Assembly (NCBI GenBank): GCA_963733945.1
Contig: CAVTFD010000015.1
Location: forward strand, 26,728-90,727
DNA length: 64,000 bases
Direction: 5' to 3'
From: an uncultured Alphaproteobacteria bacterium
GTDB taxonomy: Bacteria; Pseudomonadota; Alphaproteobacteria; ATCC43930; CGMCC-115725
Shown here: positions 1 through 10,025 of the stretch, in pieces
Numbering within the stretch: position 1 is the first letter of the stretch
How the letters are laid out: every line of letters begins with the position of its first letter
The notes under the pieces: model-generated
Database searches by the model: none
Seen by the model: only the letters and a program-made list of their open reading frames with translations
What the model was told of the DNA's origin: nothing
Made by a program: the position numbers and the translations under genes

Positions 1-899
1 GGATGCACCGCGCGGCTGTCGAGCGGGGTGAATTGCGGCGCCAAGGCCGGGATTGCGACCTCGGCCAAGGTCTCGGGGGTCCAGCCGCCCTGGCGATGTA
101 CCATGCGTACCGGCCGCATATGGCCATACAGCGACAATTCGCCGGCGCGCTGATGAAAGACCTGGCCGTTGACGTTGGCGGCCTGCTCGGAGGCGAGAAA
201 AACGCACAGCGGGGCGATCGCGTCCGCCCGGCTGCGGCGCAGCCGCTCCTCGCGTATGGCAGCGGCCTGCGGATCCTTCGGCGTCGGCACCGAGCGGGTC
301 ATGCGGGTGTCGGCCGACGGGCAAATGACATTGACGGTAATTCCCCGCGACGCATTCTCCATCGCGACAATTCTCGCCAAGGCGACGATCCCAAACTTGG
401 CCGCACCATAATTACACTGGCCGACATTGCCGAGCAGGCCCGAGGTCGACGACACCATGATCATCCGGCCGTAATTCTGCTCGCGGAATAGGTTGATCGC
501 GGCCCGGTTGATGTTGAAATGGCCGGTTAAATGGACGTCGATGACCGCCTGCCAGTCTTCCGGAAACATGTTGTGGAACATCTTGTCGCGCAGGATGCCG
601 GCGGCGTCGAACACGATGTGCAACCCGCCAAAGGTGTCGCGGGCCTGCTGGACCATCGCGAGACAGTCGTCGAACTTGGCGACCGAGCCGTAATTCGCCG
701 CCGCCTCCCCGCCCGCCGCTTTGATCTGGTCGACGATCTCCTGCGCCGGCGTTTGGTCGGACCCTTCGCCGCTGCCGCTGGTGCCGGGATCGTTGATCAC
801 GACCTTTGCCCCATGCGCCGCCATCAGCTTGGCGACCTCGGCCCCGACCCCCCGACCCGCGCCGGCGCAAATTGCGACCCGTCCTTCGAGCATGCCCAT
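1..899 (-). CDS. SDR-family NAD(P)-dependent oxidoreductase (3' end runs off the window)
   Basis: Absent from the ORF track because it is open at the window edge. My minus-strand translation from the ATG at 899 gives MGMLEGRVAICAGAGRGVGAEVA (Gly-rich Rossmann motif) and later SSTSGLLGNVGQCNYGAAKFG (Ser...YxxxK catalytic motif). Track ORFs 412..1545(-) and 531..1022(+) are out-of-frame shadows. Confidence 0.85.
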   Translation of the reverse strand, partial: MGMLEGRVAICAGAGRGVGAEVAKLMAAHGAKVVINDPGTSGSGEGSDQTPAQEIVDQIKAAGGEAAANYGSVAKFDDCLAMVQQARDTFGGLHIVFDAAGILRDKMFHNMFPEDWQAVIDVHLTGHFNINRAAINLFREQNYGRMIMVSSTSGLLGNVGQCNYGAAKFGIVALARIVAMENASRGITVNVICPSADTRMTRSVPTPKDPQAAAIREERLRRSRADAIAPLCVFLASEQAANVNGQVFHQRAGELSLYGHMRPVRMVHRQGGWTPETLAEVAIPALAPQFTPLDSRAVH

Positions 900-1011
900 C
901 CCTCGACCCCTTCGGTTTTTGTCTCGTCTCCGGGGTTGTCGGGAGGTATGCCGGTTTTGTCAATCCGCGCCAGGCCCGTTTTCGTAGAGCGATCCCGACG
1001 GAGGTGCAAAG

Positions 1012-1401
1012 ATGACGTTTGAAACTCGGCGCATTGCCGGCGCGCCCGATGCGACCGCCCCCGACGGCTCTGAGGTGCGCGTATTGTGCGGCCTTTCCCG
1101 CGGCGGCCTCGCCGTCTTTTCCCTCCAGCCCGATTCCGTCTCGAAGGCGGTCGCTCATCGTACCGTTGAAGAGATCTGGTACGTGCTCTCGGGCCGCGGC
1201 CGGATCTGGCGCAAGCTTGGCCGGCGGGAGGGGATCGACGAGATCGACGCCGGCGTGTCGCTCAGCATACCTACCGGCACGCAATTTCAATTTCGTTGTG
1301 ACGGTCCGGAGCCGTTGACCGTGCTCGGTGCGACAATGCCGCCGTGGCCCGGCGAGGACGAGGCCTACTTTGTTGAAGGCATCTGGGAGGCCGCGCTCTG
1401 A
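1012..1401 (+). CDS. cupin-domain protein
   Basis: 129 aa. Small beta-barrel pattern (VAHRTVEEIWYVLSGRGRIW ... LSIPTGTQFQF) typical of cupin_2 proteins. Confidence 0.6.
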   Translation: MTFETRRIAGAPDATAPDGSEVRVLCGLSRGGLAVFSLQPDSVSKAVAHRTVEEIWYVLSGRGRIWRKLGRREGIDEIDAGVSLSIPTGTQFQFRCDGPEPLTVLGATMPPWPGEDEAYFVEGIWEAAL

Positions 1402-1423
1402 GCAGAGCGCCGGTCCGCCTACT

Positions 1424-2572
1424 TCAGAGCAAGTGCCCGCTGCGCGCGGCCTTGGTGCGCAGATAACGCTCGTTGTGGCCGTTGGCCGGAAAGACGTGCG
1501 GCACCCGCTCGACGACGCGGATGCCGTAGCGCTGAAGCGCCGCAATTTTGTCGGGGTTGTTGGTCAACAAGCGGATCGTGCCGAAGCCGAGCTGGCGCAG
1601 CATCTCCGCGGCCGGCAGATAGACGCGCTCGTCGGCGTCAAAGCCTAGCTGCTCGTTGGCATCGAGCGTGTCGAAGCCGGCGTCCTGCAGCTGATAGGCC
1701 CTGAGCTTGTTGACGAGACCGATGCCGCGTCCCTCCTGGGCTAGGTAGAGCAGCACGCCGCCGCCGGCCCGCGCGATCGCCGCGATGGAGCCTCGCAGTT
1801 GATCGCCGCAATCGCAGCGCAGACTGGCCAGCAGATCGCCGGTGAAGCATTCCGAATGCAGTCGCACTAGCACAGGGGCCGCCGGATCGGGCGTCCCAAT
1901 CAATATCGCCAGATGCTCGACGCCGCCGTCACCCGGCCGGAACGCGATCAGACGAGCGTTTTCGGCGTCGGCTAGGGGTACCCGAGCCTCCGCAACGCGG
2001 GTCAGTCCAGCGGTTGCGGCATCGCGCTTGAAGACGGTTGCGGCCTCGATCGCCGCGAGGTCAGCGCGCCGCGCCAATAACTGGGCCTCGGCCGCCCCGA
2101 CTCGAACGACCAGCGCCGCCGGCAGTAAGGACGCGAGCTTGGCCAGAGCGACCGCGGCCAAGGCCCCACCCTTCGCGAGGACCGGCTGAGGACCGAAGCC
2201 CGGCGGCTCCACACCAAGCGATGCACCCGGGTCAGCTAGGTTACGGATCACCGCTGCCGGCATTTCGGGAGAAACCGAGATCGTCAACGCGCCCGACAAG
2301 TCCTCACGCGGCGCGAGGCCGAGCGCCACCGCGCGACGGCGGGTCAGCACGACACGCGGCGACGCGGCGGAGACTTCGCGCAGCCGGCGCAAATTCTCTT
2401 CGGTCACCAGCTCGGCGGCGATCGCGAGCACGTTCAGCTTATCGTCGCGGATCAGCACTGGCTCGGCGCGGCGCAACGCCGTGATCGCCCCGCCCAGGTC
2501 GCGGCCCGCATTCGTCGTCGTTGGCGCGATGCCGTCATGCGCTGCGCTCGAAATGGTCTTGAACTCGGGCAA
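1424..2572 (-). CDS. ribA: GTP cyclohydrolase II with N-terminal extension
   Basis: The C-terminal half carries the RibA hallmarks HSECFTGDLLASLRCDCGDQL and LYLAQEGRGIGLVNKLRAYQLQDAGFDT. The N-terminal ~170 aa are of unclear function. Confidence 0.9.
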   Translation of the reverse strand: MPEFKTISSAAHDGIAPTTTNAGRDLGGAITALRRAEPVLIRDDKLNVLAIAAELVTEENLRRLREVSAASPRVVLTRRRAVALGLAPREDLSGALTISVSPEMPAAVIRNLADPGASLGVEPPGFGPQPVLAKGGALAAVALAKLASLLPAALVVRVGAAEAQLLARRADLAAIEAATVFKRDAATAGLTRVAEARVPLADAENARLIAFRPGDGGVEHLAILIGTPDPAAPVLVRLHSECFTGDLLASLRCDCGDQLRGSIAAIARAGGGVLLYLAQEGRGIGLVNKLRAYQLQDAGFDTLDANEQLGFDADERVYLPAAEMLRQLGFGTIRLLTNNPDKIAALQRYGIRVVERVPHVFPANGHNERYLRTKAARSGHLL

Positions 2573-2930
2573 CCGATTCTCCTTGACGCCGCCGGCGCAT
2601 CATAGGCGGAGGCGGCCGCGACGCCAGCAAACTTATTCGCATAGGAGCATTTCCGACACGGTCGAGCAGAATGCAGAATACTGGCGGTCCCGGTGCACCG
2701 GGACCGCCGCGCCGCGCCGAGAGACCCCGTACCGGGTCTCCTTGTCGCGCCCAAAACCGCTCAGTGAGCCCGCCGGCTAGCGCAAGCGGGGGGGATCGGT
2801 TAAGCTCAAAACACGCCTAACGGGGATGACACGGGATGAAACCGGCGGATAATTGCTGGTTTCGACAGCACGGCCCCCGATAGTGACACAGGAACGCCAT
2901 GCTGGTCTTCCGAACCCGGCGGATGGGGTC

Positions 2931-3620
2931 ATGAGGCCTGGTCGCAGAATATTGATCGTCGACGATGACAGTGCGCTACGCCAATCGCTAACCGAGCAGC
3001 TGGAGCTCAACGAGGAGTTCGTGACCGTGGAGTGCGAAACCGCGGCGCGGGCACTGGAAATCGCCAAACATGAGCGCCTCGACGCGATCCTGCTCGATGT
3101 CGGCCTGCCCGACATGGATGGGCGCGAGCTGTGCCGCCGCTTGCGCGATGCGGCAGTTCAGGTGCCGATCGTCATGCTGACCGGGGCCGACAGTGACGCC
3201 GACACCATCCTCGGCCTCGATGCGGGCGCCGACGATTACGTCACGAAGCCGTTTCGGCTGAGCGTATTGCTCGCTCGCCTACGCGCGCATCTGCGCCAGA
3301 GCGAGCACAGCGACGACGCCGAATTCACGATTGGCCCCTACACCTTCCGCCCGGGCGCCAAGCTGCTGCTCGACCCGGGCGGGCGCAAGAAGATCAGGCT
3401 GACCGAAAAGGAAACGGCGATCCTCAAATACCTCTATCGCGCCCGCGATCGAGTGATCGGGCGCGGTACCTTGCTCGGCGAGGTGTGGGGCTACAATGCC
3501 GGGGTGACAACCCATACCTTGGAGACCCATGTGTATCGGCTCCGCCAAAAGATCGAGCGTGATCCGACACGCGCCGAGATCCTGGTAACCGAGTCCGGCG
3601 GCTACCGCCTGGTCCCTTGA
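2931..3620 (+). CDS. OmpR-family response regulator (receiver plus winged-helix)
   Basis: RILIVDDD...LLDVGLPDMDG...VTKPF receiver motifs and a C-terminal trans_reg_C region (LTEKETAILKYL...THTLETHVYRLRQKIE). Track ORF starts at 2853; the ATG at 2931 (MRPGRRILIV) is the more plausible start. Confidence 0.85.
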   Translation: MRPGRRILIVDDDSALRQSLTEQLELNEEFVTVECETAARALEIAKHERLDAILLDVGLPDMDGRELCRRLRDAAVQVPIVMLTGADSDADTILGLDAGADDYVTKPFRLSVLLARLRAHLRQSEHSDDAEFTIGPYTFRPGAKLLLDPGGRKKIRLTEKETAILKYLYRARDRVIGRGTLLGEVWGYNAGVTTHTLETHVYRLRQKIERDPTRAEILVTESGGYRLVP

Positions 3621-3651
3621 CGCGCGCCGGTCTGGCAGCACCGGCCGGCCG

Positions 3652-4593
3652 ATGACCGCGGCCGACCGTCTGTTGATCGTCAGCGGGGCGGATCGCGCGT
3701 ATTTCCCGCTGCTGCGCGACACCGTCCTGTCAGTGCGGACCGAGCGCCGGGACGCTGAGATCGGAATTTTGGATGTCGGGCTCGAACCGGAGCAGCGCGC
3801 GTGGCTCGCCCCACGCGTAACCCATTTGGTCCATCCCGACTGGGATATCGATTTTCCGGGGCGTGAGCACACCCCGGAAGCGCGCAAGGCGCAGTTCGCG
3901 CGGCCCTTTCTGCCGCGCCACTTCCCGGGCTACGAGACCTACCTCTGGATCGACGCCGATGCCTGGCTCCAAGACTGGCGAGTAGTCGAGTTGTATGCCC
4001 GCGCCGCGCGCGGCGGCAAGCTGGCGATCACCCCGGAGATCGACCGTGCCTATAAGCGCCACTACAAGCGGCCGAAACTGTTCGGTTGGACTTTGGCGTG
4101 GAAGAACTACCGCGAGGCGTTCGGCTGGCGCGCCGCCGATCGTCTCGGCCGCAATCCGATGGTCAATTGCGGCGTTTTTGCCCTTCGCGGCGACGCCCCG
4201 CATTGGCAGGTATGGGCGCGGATCATGGCGCAGGTAGCGCAACGGACGCGGTTTTTCTTTGTTGAGCAGACCGCGCTCAACTACGCAATATTTGCCGAGC
4301 ATCTGCCGGTCGATTTCCTGCCGGCCTATTGCAACTGGATGCCGGGGGACGCGGCGCCCGCCTTTGACGCCGCGCGCGGTTTGTTCGTCGAGCCCTATTC
4401 GCCGCATGAGGCGATCGGCGTGATGCATCTCGCCGGCCGCGAGCAGAAGACCCACGTCTTCCGCCTGAATCGATTGGATGGCGGGACGGTCGAGACCTCG
4501 CTGCGCTATGGTGAAAGTCGTGCCTTATGCGAGCGGTCGGTAACGCGGACTGCTGCTCGGCGACCAGATGGGCGCGGCCTCACGATGAAGTGA
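3652..4593 (+). CDS. putative glycosyltransferase (GT8-like, DxD)
   Basis: 313 aa. YLWIDADAW (DxD-like) and MVNCGVFAL resemble retaining GT8 nucleotide-sugar transferases. Call rests on motifs only. Confidence 0.45.
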   Translation: MTAADRLLIVSGADRAYFPLLRDTVLSVRTERRDAEIGILDVGLEPEQRAWLAPRVTHLVHPDWDIDFPGREHTPEARKAQFARPFLPRHFPGYETYLWIDADAWLQDWRVVELYARAARGGKLAITPEIDRAYKRHYKRPKLFGWTLAWKNYREAFGWRAADRLGRNPMVNCGVFALRGDAPHWQVWARIMAQVAQRTRFFFVEQTALNYAIFAEHLPVDFLPAYCNWMPGDAAPAFDAARGLFVEPYSPHEAIGVMHLAGREQKTHVFRLNRLDGGTVETSLRYGESRALCERSVTRTAARRPDGRGLTMK

Positions 4594-4697
4594 ATAGAAA
4601 TAAACAGCACAGATTATCTTTTCGGTCATTTTCGGCTTCTCGCTGAGCGAACCCTTGAATAGTCTCCGCGTCCGAACGACACGCCAGGGAGGAGAAC

Positions 4698-5126
4698 ATG
4701 GGTTATCTGCGGTTATCGGTTTTGGGGGTCCTCGCTTTATGTCTTGTCTCGGGAGCTGCCCAGGCCGAGACAAAGATCTTCAAGGCGACCCTCAGCGGCG
4801 CCAGCGAGGTTCCACCAACCACCAGTGCCGGGACCGGCGCCGCGACTGCGACGCTCGACACCGCCACCGGAAAGCTGGTCTGGGACGTGACCTATTCGGG
4901 CCTGACCGGCCCGGCGTTGGCGGCGCATATCCATGGTCCGGCAGACCCCGGACAGAATGCGGGGGTGGTGGTCCCGCTGAAAGTCACTGCCAGCCCGATC
5001 AAAGGCTCGAAAGTATTGACCGCCGTGCAGGTGGCGGACCTCGAGGCCGGGAAATACTACGTCAACATTCACACGGCGGCGAATAAGGGTGGAGAAATCC
5101 GCGGCCAGCTGCAAGCGACGCCATAA
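4698..5126 (+). CDS. secreted CHRD-domain protein
   Basis: GGGAGGAG Shine-Dalgarno upstream. Signal peptide MGYLRLSVLGVLALCLVSGAAQA. CHRD pattern LSGASEVPP...G.A...HIHGPA...YYVNIHT...GGEIRGQL. Confidence 0.75.
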   Translation: MGYLRLSVLGVLALCLVSGAAQAETKIFKATLSGASEVPPTTSAGTGAATATLDTATGKLVWDVTYSGLTGPALAAHIHGPADPGQNAGVVVPLKVTASPIKGSKVLTAVQVADLEAGKYYVNIHTAANKGGEIRGQLQATP

Positions 5127-5211
5127 CGGCGGTTTCCTGCCTGACGACTGGCTGCGGCCCAATGGGGCCGCCCATCGCGCCGCATTGCGCCGATGCCGCG
5201 TTGGGGGATGC

Positions 5212-5952
5212 TCAGAAGGCGACGCGCATATCCGCGACCGCTGATCCGAAATAGGCCTGTGGCTCCGAGGGTAGCTCGCCGCGCGCGTGCTCTTGACGGC
5301 TGACGCATCGGCTGGTCCGGCTGAATACCGCTTGCCAATTCGCCGATTGCGGCAGGGCGCCGAGCAGGCATTGATCGAAAACGGTGTAGGTGCGCTCGAC
5401 TTGACAGCCGAAGGAGGGCCGGTCCCGGCGCGCCGCGGTCAGGATGACACGATTCGGCTCGGCCATCGTCCCCGCGGCAAAGCCGCCGGTGTAGCATCCC
5501 GAAACGATGACCACCGTCGGCACCATCGCACAGCCGCGCGACAGGGCTTGGGCGAGCTCTTCCGGGTGCAACGCCCGTTGCGAGCGGGCCAGCCACAGCC
5601 CGGCGTCGGGCTCGCCATGTGAGGTCATAAAGACAAAACAGTGGTCGCCGGGTCGGGCCGGCAGGTCGGCAATCTGCCGCAGCAGGTTCTCGGCGGTGGC
5701 GGGTTCGACGCCGCGGCGGAGTTCAGCGCTGCTCGCGCTGAGCCGGTGAATGTTCGCGGCTGGCACCCCCGAGGCAGCGAGACGCCGCACCAAGGCCCGG
5801 GTGGCGTCGTCGAATACCGGCTCGGCATCGTCACCGGCGGCGAGCACCGCCTGCCAACTGCCGCCGGATGGGGCCACCGATCCGCCATAGCCGGAAACCA
5901 ACATCAGGACCAAAATGAAGGCCGGCGCCCGCGTAAGTACCCAAGACCCCAT
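5212..5952 (-). CDS. C13 (legumain/caspase-fold)-like peptidase, secreted
   Basis: Motifs DHCFVFMTSHGEPD and VVIVSGCYTGGF (His and Cys dyad context), then ILTAARRDRPSFGC. The track ORF reaches 6033 and would overlap divergent phhB, so the ATG at 5952 (MGSWVLTRAPAFILVLML, signal-like) is preferred. Confidence 0.55.
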   Translation of the reverse strand: MGSWVLTRAPAFILVLMLVSGYGGSVAPSGGSWQAVLAAGDDAEPVFDDATRALVRRLAASGVPAANIHRLSASSAELRRGVEPATAENLLRQIADLPARPGDHCFVFMTSHGEPDAGLWLARSQRALHPEELAQALSRGCAMVPTVVIVSGCYTGGFAAGTMAEPNRVILTAARRDRPSFGCQVERTYTVFDQCLLGALPQSANWQAVFSRTSRCVSRQEHARGELPSEPQAYFGSAVADMRVAF

Positions 5953-6020
5953 CGAACCGGACCTCCGCACCTCCGTCCTGCGTTTTGTGCTATGCTGTGG
6001 CATTTCGATGGAGGTGACCA

Positions 6021-6374
6021 ATGGCCATAGCACTCGTCGAGAAAAGTTGCACGCCCTGCCGTGGCGGCATCCCGCCGCTCACCCGCGAGGAGGCCGAGGG
6101 CTTCCACCTCCAAGCCCCGGATTGGAGTTTGCTCGACGAAGCAAAGCGGATCGAGCGAACCTATCGCTTCAAGAATTTCCGCGAGGCCTTCGGCTTTGTC
6201 GAGCGCGCGGCCGCGCTCGCCGAGACCGAGAGCCATCACCCCGAGATCCGCTTCGGCTGGGGCTTCGCGACCGTCTCGCTGCACACCAAAAAGATCAAGG
6301 GGCTGCACGAGAATGATTTCATCATCGCGGCCAAGCTCGACCGTATCGCAGCGGATGAGAGGGTGCCGGCCTGA
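6021..6374 (+). CDS. phhB: 4a-hydroxytetrahydrobiopterin (pterin-4-alpha-carbinolamine) dehydratase
   Basis: 117 aa. FKNFREAFGFVERAAALAETESHHPEIRFGWGFATVSLHT is the PCD/DCoH signature. Confidence 0.9.
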   Translation: MAIALVEKSCTPCRGGIPPLTREEAEGFHLQAPDWSLLDEAKRIERTYRFKNFREAFGFVERAAALAETESHHPEIRFGWGFATVSLHTKKIKGLHENDFIIAAKLDRIAADERVPA

Positions 6375-6449
6375 CAACAAAACGCAGGGCAGTGTAGTAG
6401 AATCCGCCGCTAACACCGGCGGGCGCTCAGCCAGGAAGGGAGGAACGCC

Positions 6450-6743
6450 GTGCCCACTTACATCATGCTCGCCAACTGGACGGATCAGGGAGCACAAAAG
6501 GCCAAGGACTCGCCACGCCGGGTTGATACCGCGAAAAAAGCCCTGCTCGACATGGGTGGCGAGTTCAAAGGCCTCTACATGACGATGGGCGATTACGATC
6601 TGATCGCGATTTATGAAGCGCCGGACGATGCCGTGGCGGCAAGGTTTACCTTGCTGCTCGGGATGCTGGGAACGGTGCGAACCAAAACGCTGAAAGCGTT
6701 TCCCGAGGCTGCCTATCGCGAGATCATCTCGTCGCTCGGCTAA
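6450..6743 (+). CDS. GYD-domain protein
   Basis: 97 aa. YIMLANWTDQG...MGDYDLIAIYEAPDD...A matches the GYD family pattern. GTG start. Confidence 0.8.
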   Translation: MPTYIMLANWTDQGAQKAKDSPRRVDTAKKALLDMGGEFKGLYMTMGDYDLIAIYEAPDDAVAARFTLLLGMLGTVRTKTLKAFPEAAYREIISSLG

Positions 6744-8314
6744 TCGAGGGCGGCGACGGCCGCGCCGCCCGGTATCGACCGCGGCCGGCGCAGCAGCAGC
6801 AGCAGCGGCGCAGCGGCGATGACGAGAAGCATCATCAGCATGAAATCGTCGATATAGGCCACCATTGCCGCCTGTCGCGTCGCTTCGGCGTTCAGCGCGG
6901 CGACACCCGATGGTGTCACCAAGCTATAGGGCGGAACCAGTTGCGGTGCGCGGGCGAGCGGGTTGTCGGGCCGCAAGTGCTCGACGAGGCGAGAATGAAC
7001 AATCTGGGTGTTCTGATCGAGCAGCGCCTCGACGATAGCGATGCCGACGCTCCCGCCGATATTGCGCATCAAGCTGAAAATCGCCGTCCCTTGGGTCAGC
7101 AGGTTCCGCGGCAAGGTCGAAAAGGTTACGATGCTCAACGGGGTGAACACGAAGCCGAGGCCGAAACCTTGCATCATTCCGGTCCAAATGACTGGTCCCA
7201 TTCCCATTTGCAGCGAAAACCCGGTCATCTGCCACATCGACACCGCAGTCAGCACAAGTCCCAGGAGGATCAGCAACCTGGTATCGATGCGGCCGACCAG
7301 CCGGGCGACCACCAGCATGGCAATCATCGTGCCGACGCCGCGCGGCACCGTCACCAGCCCAGTCGTAAACACCGGGTAGTTCATCAGATCCTGCAGCATC
7401 GTCGGCAATAACGTCATGGTGCCGTAAAGCGGGATGCCGATTAGAAACATCAGTAGGGTGCCGGCGATGCAGTTGGCATCCTTTAGCAAATCACGGTTCA
7501 GAAACGACCGGTCGGTAGCGGTCGCGGTGTGGACGATGAAGAGATAGAGGCAGAGCCCGGCGATTGTTGCCTCGATCCAGATCTCGCTCGAGCCGAACCA
7601 GTCCTTCAGCTGGCCGCGGTCGAGCAGCATCTGCAAGGCGCCGATCGCCACGCTTAGCGTCGCGAAGCCGAAGAAGTCGAACGCCTCGCGCTGGGCCCGG
7701 CGCGTTTCGTGGATGAAGATCAGGATGCCGGCGCCGGCGAGAAGCCCGACCGGCAGATTGATGAAGAACACCCAGCGCCAACTGTAGTCGTCGGTTAGCC
7801 AGCCGCCGAGCGCCGGGCCAATGATCGGGCCCAGTATGACACCTAGGCCCCAGACCGCCATTGCCCTCGCTTGGCGATGAGGCGGGTTGATCTGCAGCAA
7901 TACCGCTTGAGACAGCGGGACCAACGCCGCTCCGCAAACGCCCTGGAGCAGGCGAAAAATTACCAGCTGGGTGAGGCTGGTCGCCATGCCGCACAAGGCC
8001 GAGGCCAAAGTGAAACCGACGACCGAGATAAAAAAGACGTATTTGATTCCGAACCGGCCGGCCAGCCAGCCGGTCAGAGGGGTCATGATCGCCGCGGCGA
8101 CGATGTAAGAGGTCACCACCCAGGCGATCTGGTCCTGCGCCACCGAGAAGCTGCCCTGCATGTGCGGCAGCGCCACGTTGGCGATCGTGGTGTCGACCCC
8201 CTGCATGAAGGTCGCCAGCATGATCGAGACCGTGATCCAGCCCCGGTTCGGCACCGGGGCCGGGGTAACGTCGCTCACCGCTCCGCTGTTTGCGTCGGCC
8301 TGCCGACGAGCCAT
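6740..8314 (-). CDS. emrB: DHA2 (EmrB/QacA) 14-TM MFS drug efflux transporter, paralog 1
   Basis: 524 aa. LPHMQGSFSVAQDQIAWVVTSY, LAGRFGIKYVF and RLLQGVCGAALVPLSQAV motifs. The start overlaps the emrA stop (operon coupling). Confidence 0.9.
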   Translation of the reverse strand: MARRQADANSGAVSDVTPAPVPNRGWITVSIMLATFMQGVDTTIANVALPHMQGSFSVAQDQIAWVVTSYIVAAAIMTPLTGWLAGRFGIKYVFFISVVGFTLASALCGMATSLTQLVIFRLLQGVCGAALVPLSQAVLLQINPPHRQARAMAVWGLGVILGPIIGPALGGWLTDDYSWRWVFFINLPVGLLAGAGILIFIHETRRAQREAFDFFGFATLSVAIGALQMLLDRGQLKDWFGSSEIWIEATIAGLCLYLFIVHTATATDRSFLNRDLLKDANCIAGTLLMFLIGIPLYGTMTLLPTMLQDLMNYPVFTTGLVTVPRGVGTMIAMLVVARLVGRIDTRLLILLGLVLTAVSMWQMTGFSLQMGMGPVIWTGMMQGFGLGFVFTPLSIVTFSTLPRNLLTQGTAIFSLMRNIGGSVGIAIVEALLDQNTQIVHSRLVEHLRPDNPLARAPQLVPPYSLVTPSGVAALNAEATRQAAMVAYIDDFMLMMLLVIAAAPLLLLLRRPRSIPGGAAVAALD

Positions 8315-9447
8315 GCGAATACCCGGTTAATGCGGTCGAGCCACGGCCGGCGGAATTCGGTATCGACCTCGACAGTGACGCTGAGCCCGGCGGCAAGCGG
8401 ACGATCCGGGTCGAGCTTGTCGAAAGCGAGACGCACCGGTAGACGCTGGACCACTTTGACCCAGTTTCCGGTCGCGTTTTCCGCCGGCAGCAATGCAAAG
8501 GTGAGCCCCGTCCCGGGGCTCAAGCTTTGCACCCGGGCCGGGAAGGCGAGATCGGGATAGGTATCGACCTCGACCGTCGCCGCCTGCCCGGGCCGCATAT
8601 GGGTGAGTTCGGTCTCCTTGAAATTGGCCTCGACCCAAACCCGGTCGGTCGACATCAGCGAGAACAGCGACGTCGACGCGTTGACGTAGTCGCCGGCCTG
8701 AAGCTGCTCGACCTTGGTGACGATGCCGTTCTCGGGAGCATGGATCACCGTATAGGAAAGGTTGAGTTCGGCGCGATCGAGCGCCGCCTCGGCATGCTGC
8801 ACCATCGGGTGCTGGCTGACCGGGATGTCTGGATCGCCTCCAAGGCTGGCAAGGGCGCTGGCGACGTCCTGCTCCTTGGAGGCGAGTTGTTCGCGGGCGA
8901 TTTTGTAGGCGTGATTTGATTGGTCGTACTGCGCCTGCGAAGCGGTGCCCGACGCGAGCAAGCGCTGCTGTCGTTCCAACTCGCGTTGTTGATAGACGAG
9001 CGTGGCCTCGGTAGCGGCGGCGTCGGCCTTCTTTTCCTGATAAGTCGCCTTCATCGCCTCGATCTGAAGCCGAACCGCGGCGAGCTGCGCCTTAGCCTCC
9101 TCGACGGCGATGCGAAACGGCCGCTGGTCGAGGCTGAACAATACCTGGCCGGCGGTCACCCGCTCGTTGTCGCGGACATCGACATGAGCGACGCGACCCG
9201 AAACATCGGTGCTGATCGAGACGCGCCCAGCCTGGACATAGGCGTCGTCGGTCGAGACGTAACGTCCGGTCGTCAGGTACCACCAGCCGGCAGCCAGCAG
9301 CACGACAATCGGCCCGAACAGCATCAGCGGCAGCCGCAGTCGTTGGCGCCAGGGGCGCCGTCTTCCGAGGATCGCCGGCCGGCCCTCGACGGCGGCACGA
9401 AGGGCGCCGATCGACGAAGATGCTTCGTTGTCGGCGGAGGTCGTCAC
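8275..9447 (-). CDS. emrA: HlyD/EmrA-family membrane fusion protein
   Basis: 390 aa. N-terminal TM segment, YVSTDDAYVQAGRVSISTDVSGRV, long coiled-coil, and a C-terminal NWVKVVQRLPVRL motif typical of EmrA. Confidence 0.9.
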   Translation of the reverse strand: MTTSADNEASSSIGALRAAVEGRPAILGRRRPWRQRLRLPLMLFGPIVVLLAAGWWYLTTGRYVSTDDAYVQAGRVSISTDVSGRVAHVDVRDNERVTAGQVLFSLDQRPFRIAVEEAKAQLAAVRLQIEAMKATYQEKKADAAATEATLVYQQRELERQQRLLASGTASQAQYDQSNHAYKIAREQLASKEQDVASALASLGGDPDIPVSQHPMVQHAEAALDRAELNLSYTVIHAPENGIVTKVEQLQAGDYVNASTSLFSLMSTDRVWVEANFKETELTHMRPGQAATVEVDTYPDLAFPARVQSLSPGTGLTFALLPAENATGNWVKVVQRLPVRLAFDKLDPDRPLAAGLSVTVEVDTEFRRPWLDRINRVFAWLVGRPTQTAER

Positions 9448-9983
9448 TGGTGGCCCCCAACCGGCGATAAATTCGCCGCGACCGGGGCTCGGTATTGAGG
9501 GGGACGATCACTCGGTTCGACGGCTTTCGACTGCGGTGTCACCGTCGGCGATGGAACGCTTTGACACAAATTGCCGTGAACTCGGCGCAGCAGGTCAACT
9601 AGCTGCCGGCCCTCTACGTCGGTCAGGTCAGCGAACGCCTCGCTGCGGACTGCACTCGACAGGTCGAGGATGCGAGCGAGGATCGGGCGCGCCTTTTCAG
9701 TCAATACCAATCGGCGGGCCCGGCGGTCGCCCGGATCGGGTCGGCGCTCGATCCAGCCATCCTCCTCCATGCGATCGAGCTGGCGCACCAGGGTCATCGG
9801 CTTGATCTCGAGCAGATCGGCAAGGCCGGCCTGATTGATCCCTTCGTGGCGGGCAAGATAGCCCAGCACGCGGCACTGCGACCGGGTGAGCCCAAGAAAC
9901 AGCAGCGCCCGCTGATTGAAGCGTCGCGCGAACAGGCGGGCCACATCGTGCACGAGATAACCGAAGCTGCGTTCGAGTTTCAT
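9444..9983 (-). CDS. MarR-family transcriptional regulator
   Basis: 179 aa. Winged-HTH pattern LTRSQCRVLGYLARHEGINQAGLADLLEIKPMTLVRQLDRMEEDGWIERRPDPGDRRA. ATGA-type overlap with emrA. Confidence 0.85.
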   Translation of the reverse strand: MKLERSFGYLVHDVARLFARRFNQRALLFLGLTRSQCRVLGYLARHEGINQAGLADLLEIKPMTLVRQLDRMEEDGWIERRPDPGDRRARRLVLTEKARPILARILDLSSAVRSEAFADLTDVEGRQLVDLLRRVHGNLCQSVPSPTVTPQSKAVEPSDRPPQYRAPVAANLSPVGGHQ

Positions 9984-10025
9984 AGCAATGCCAGACCGAC
10001 AAAAGAACTACCCAAAGGTGATAAT

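Noticed and set aside
5154-5171. Hairpin GCGGCCC-aatg-GGGCCGC between the convergent CHRD and C13 peptidase genes as a bidirectional terminator.
   Set aside because: It is a plausible 7-bp stem, but it has no U-tract on either side. Too weak to list as a feature.
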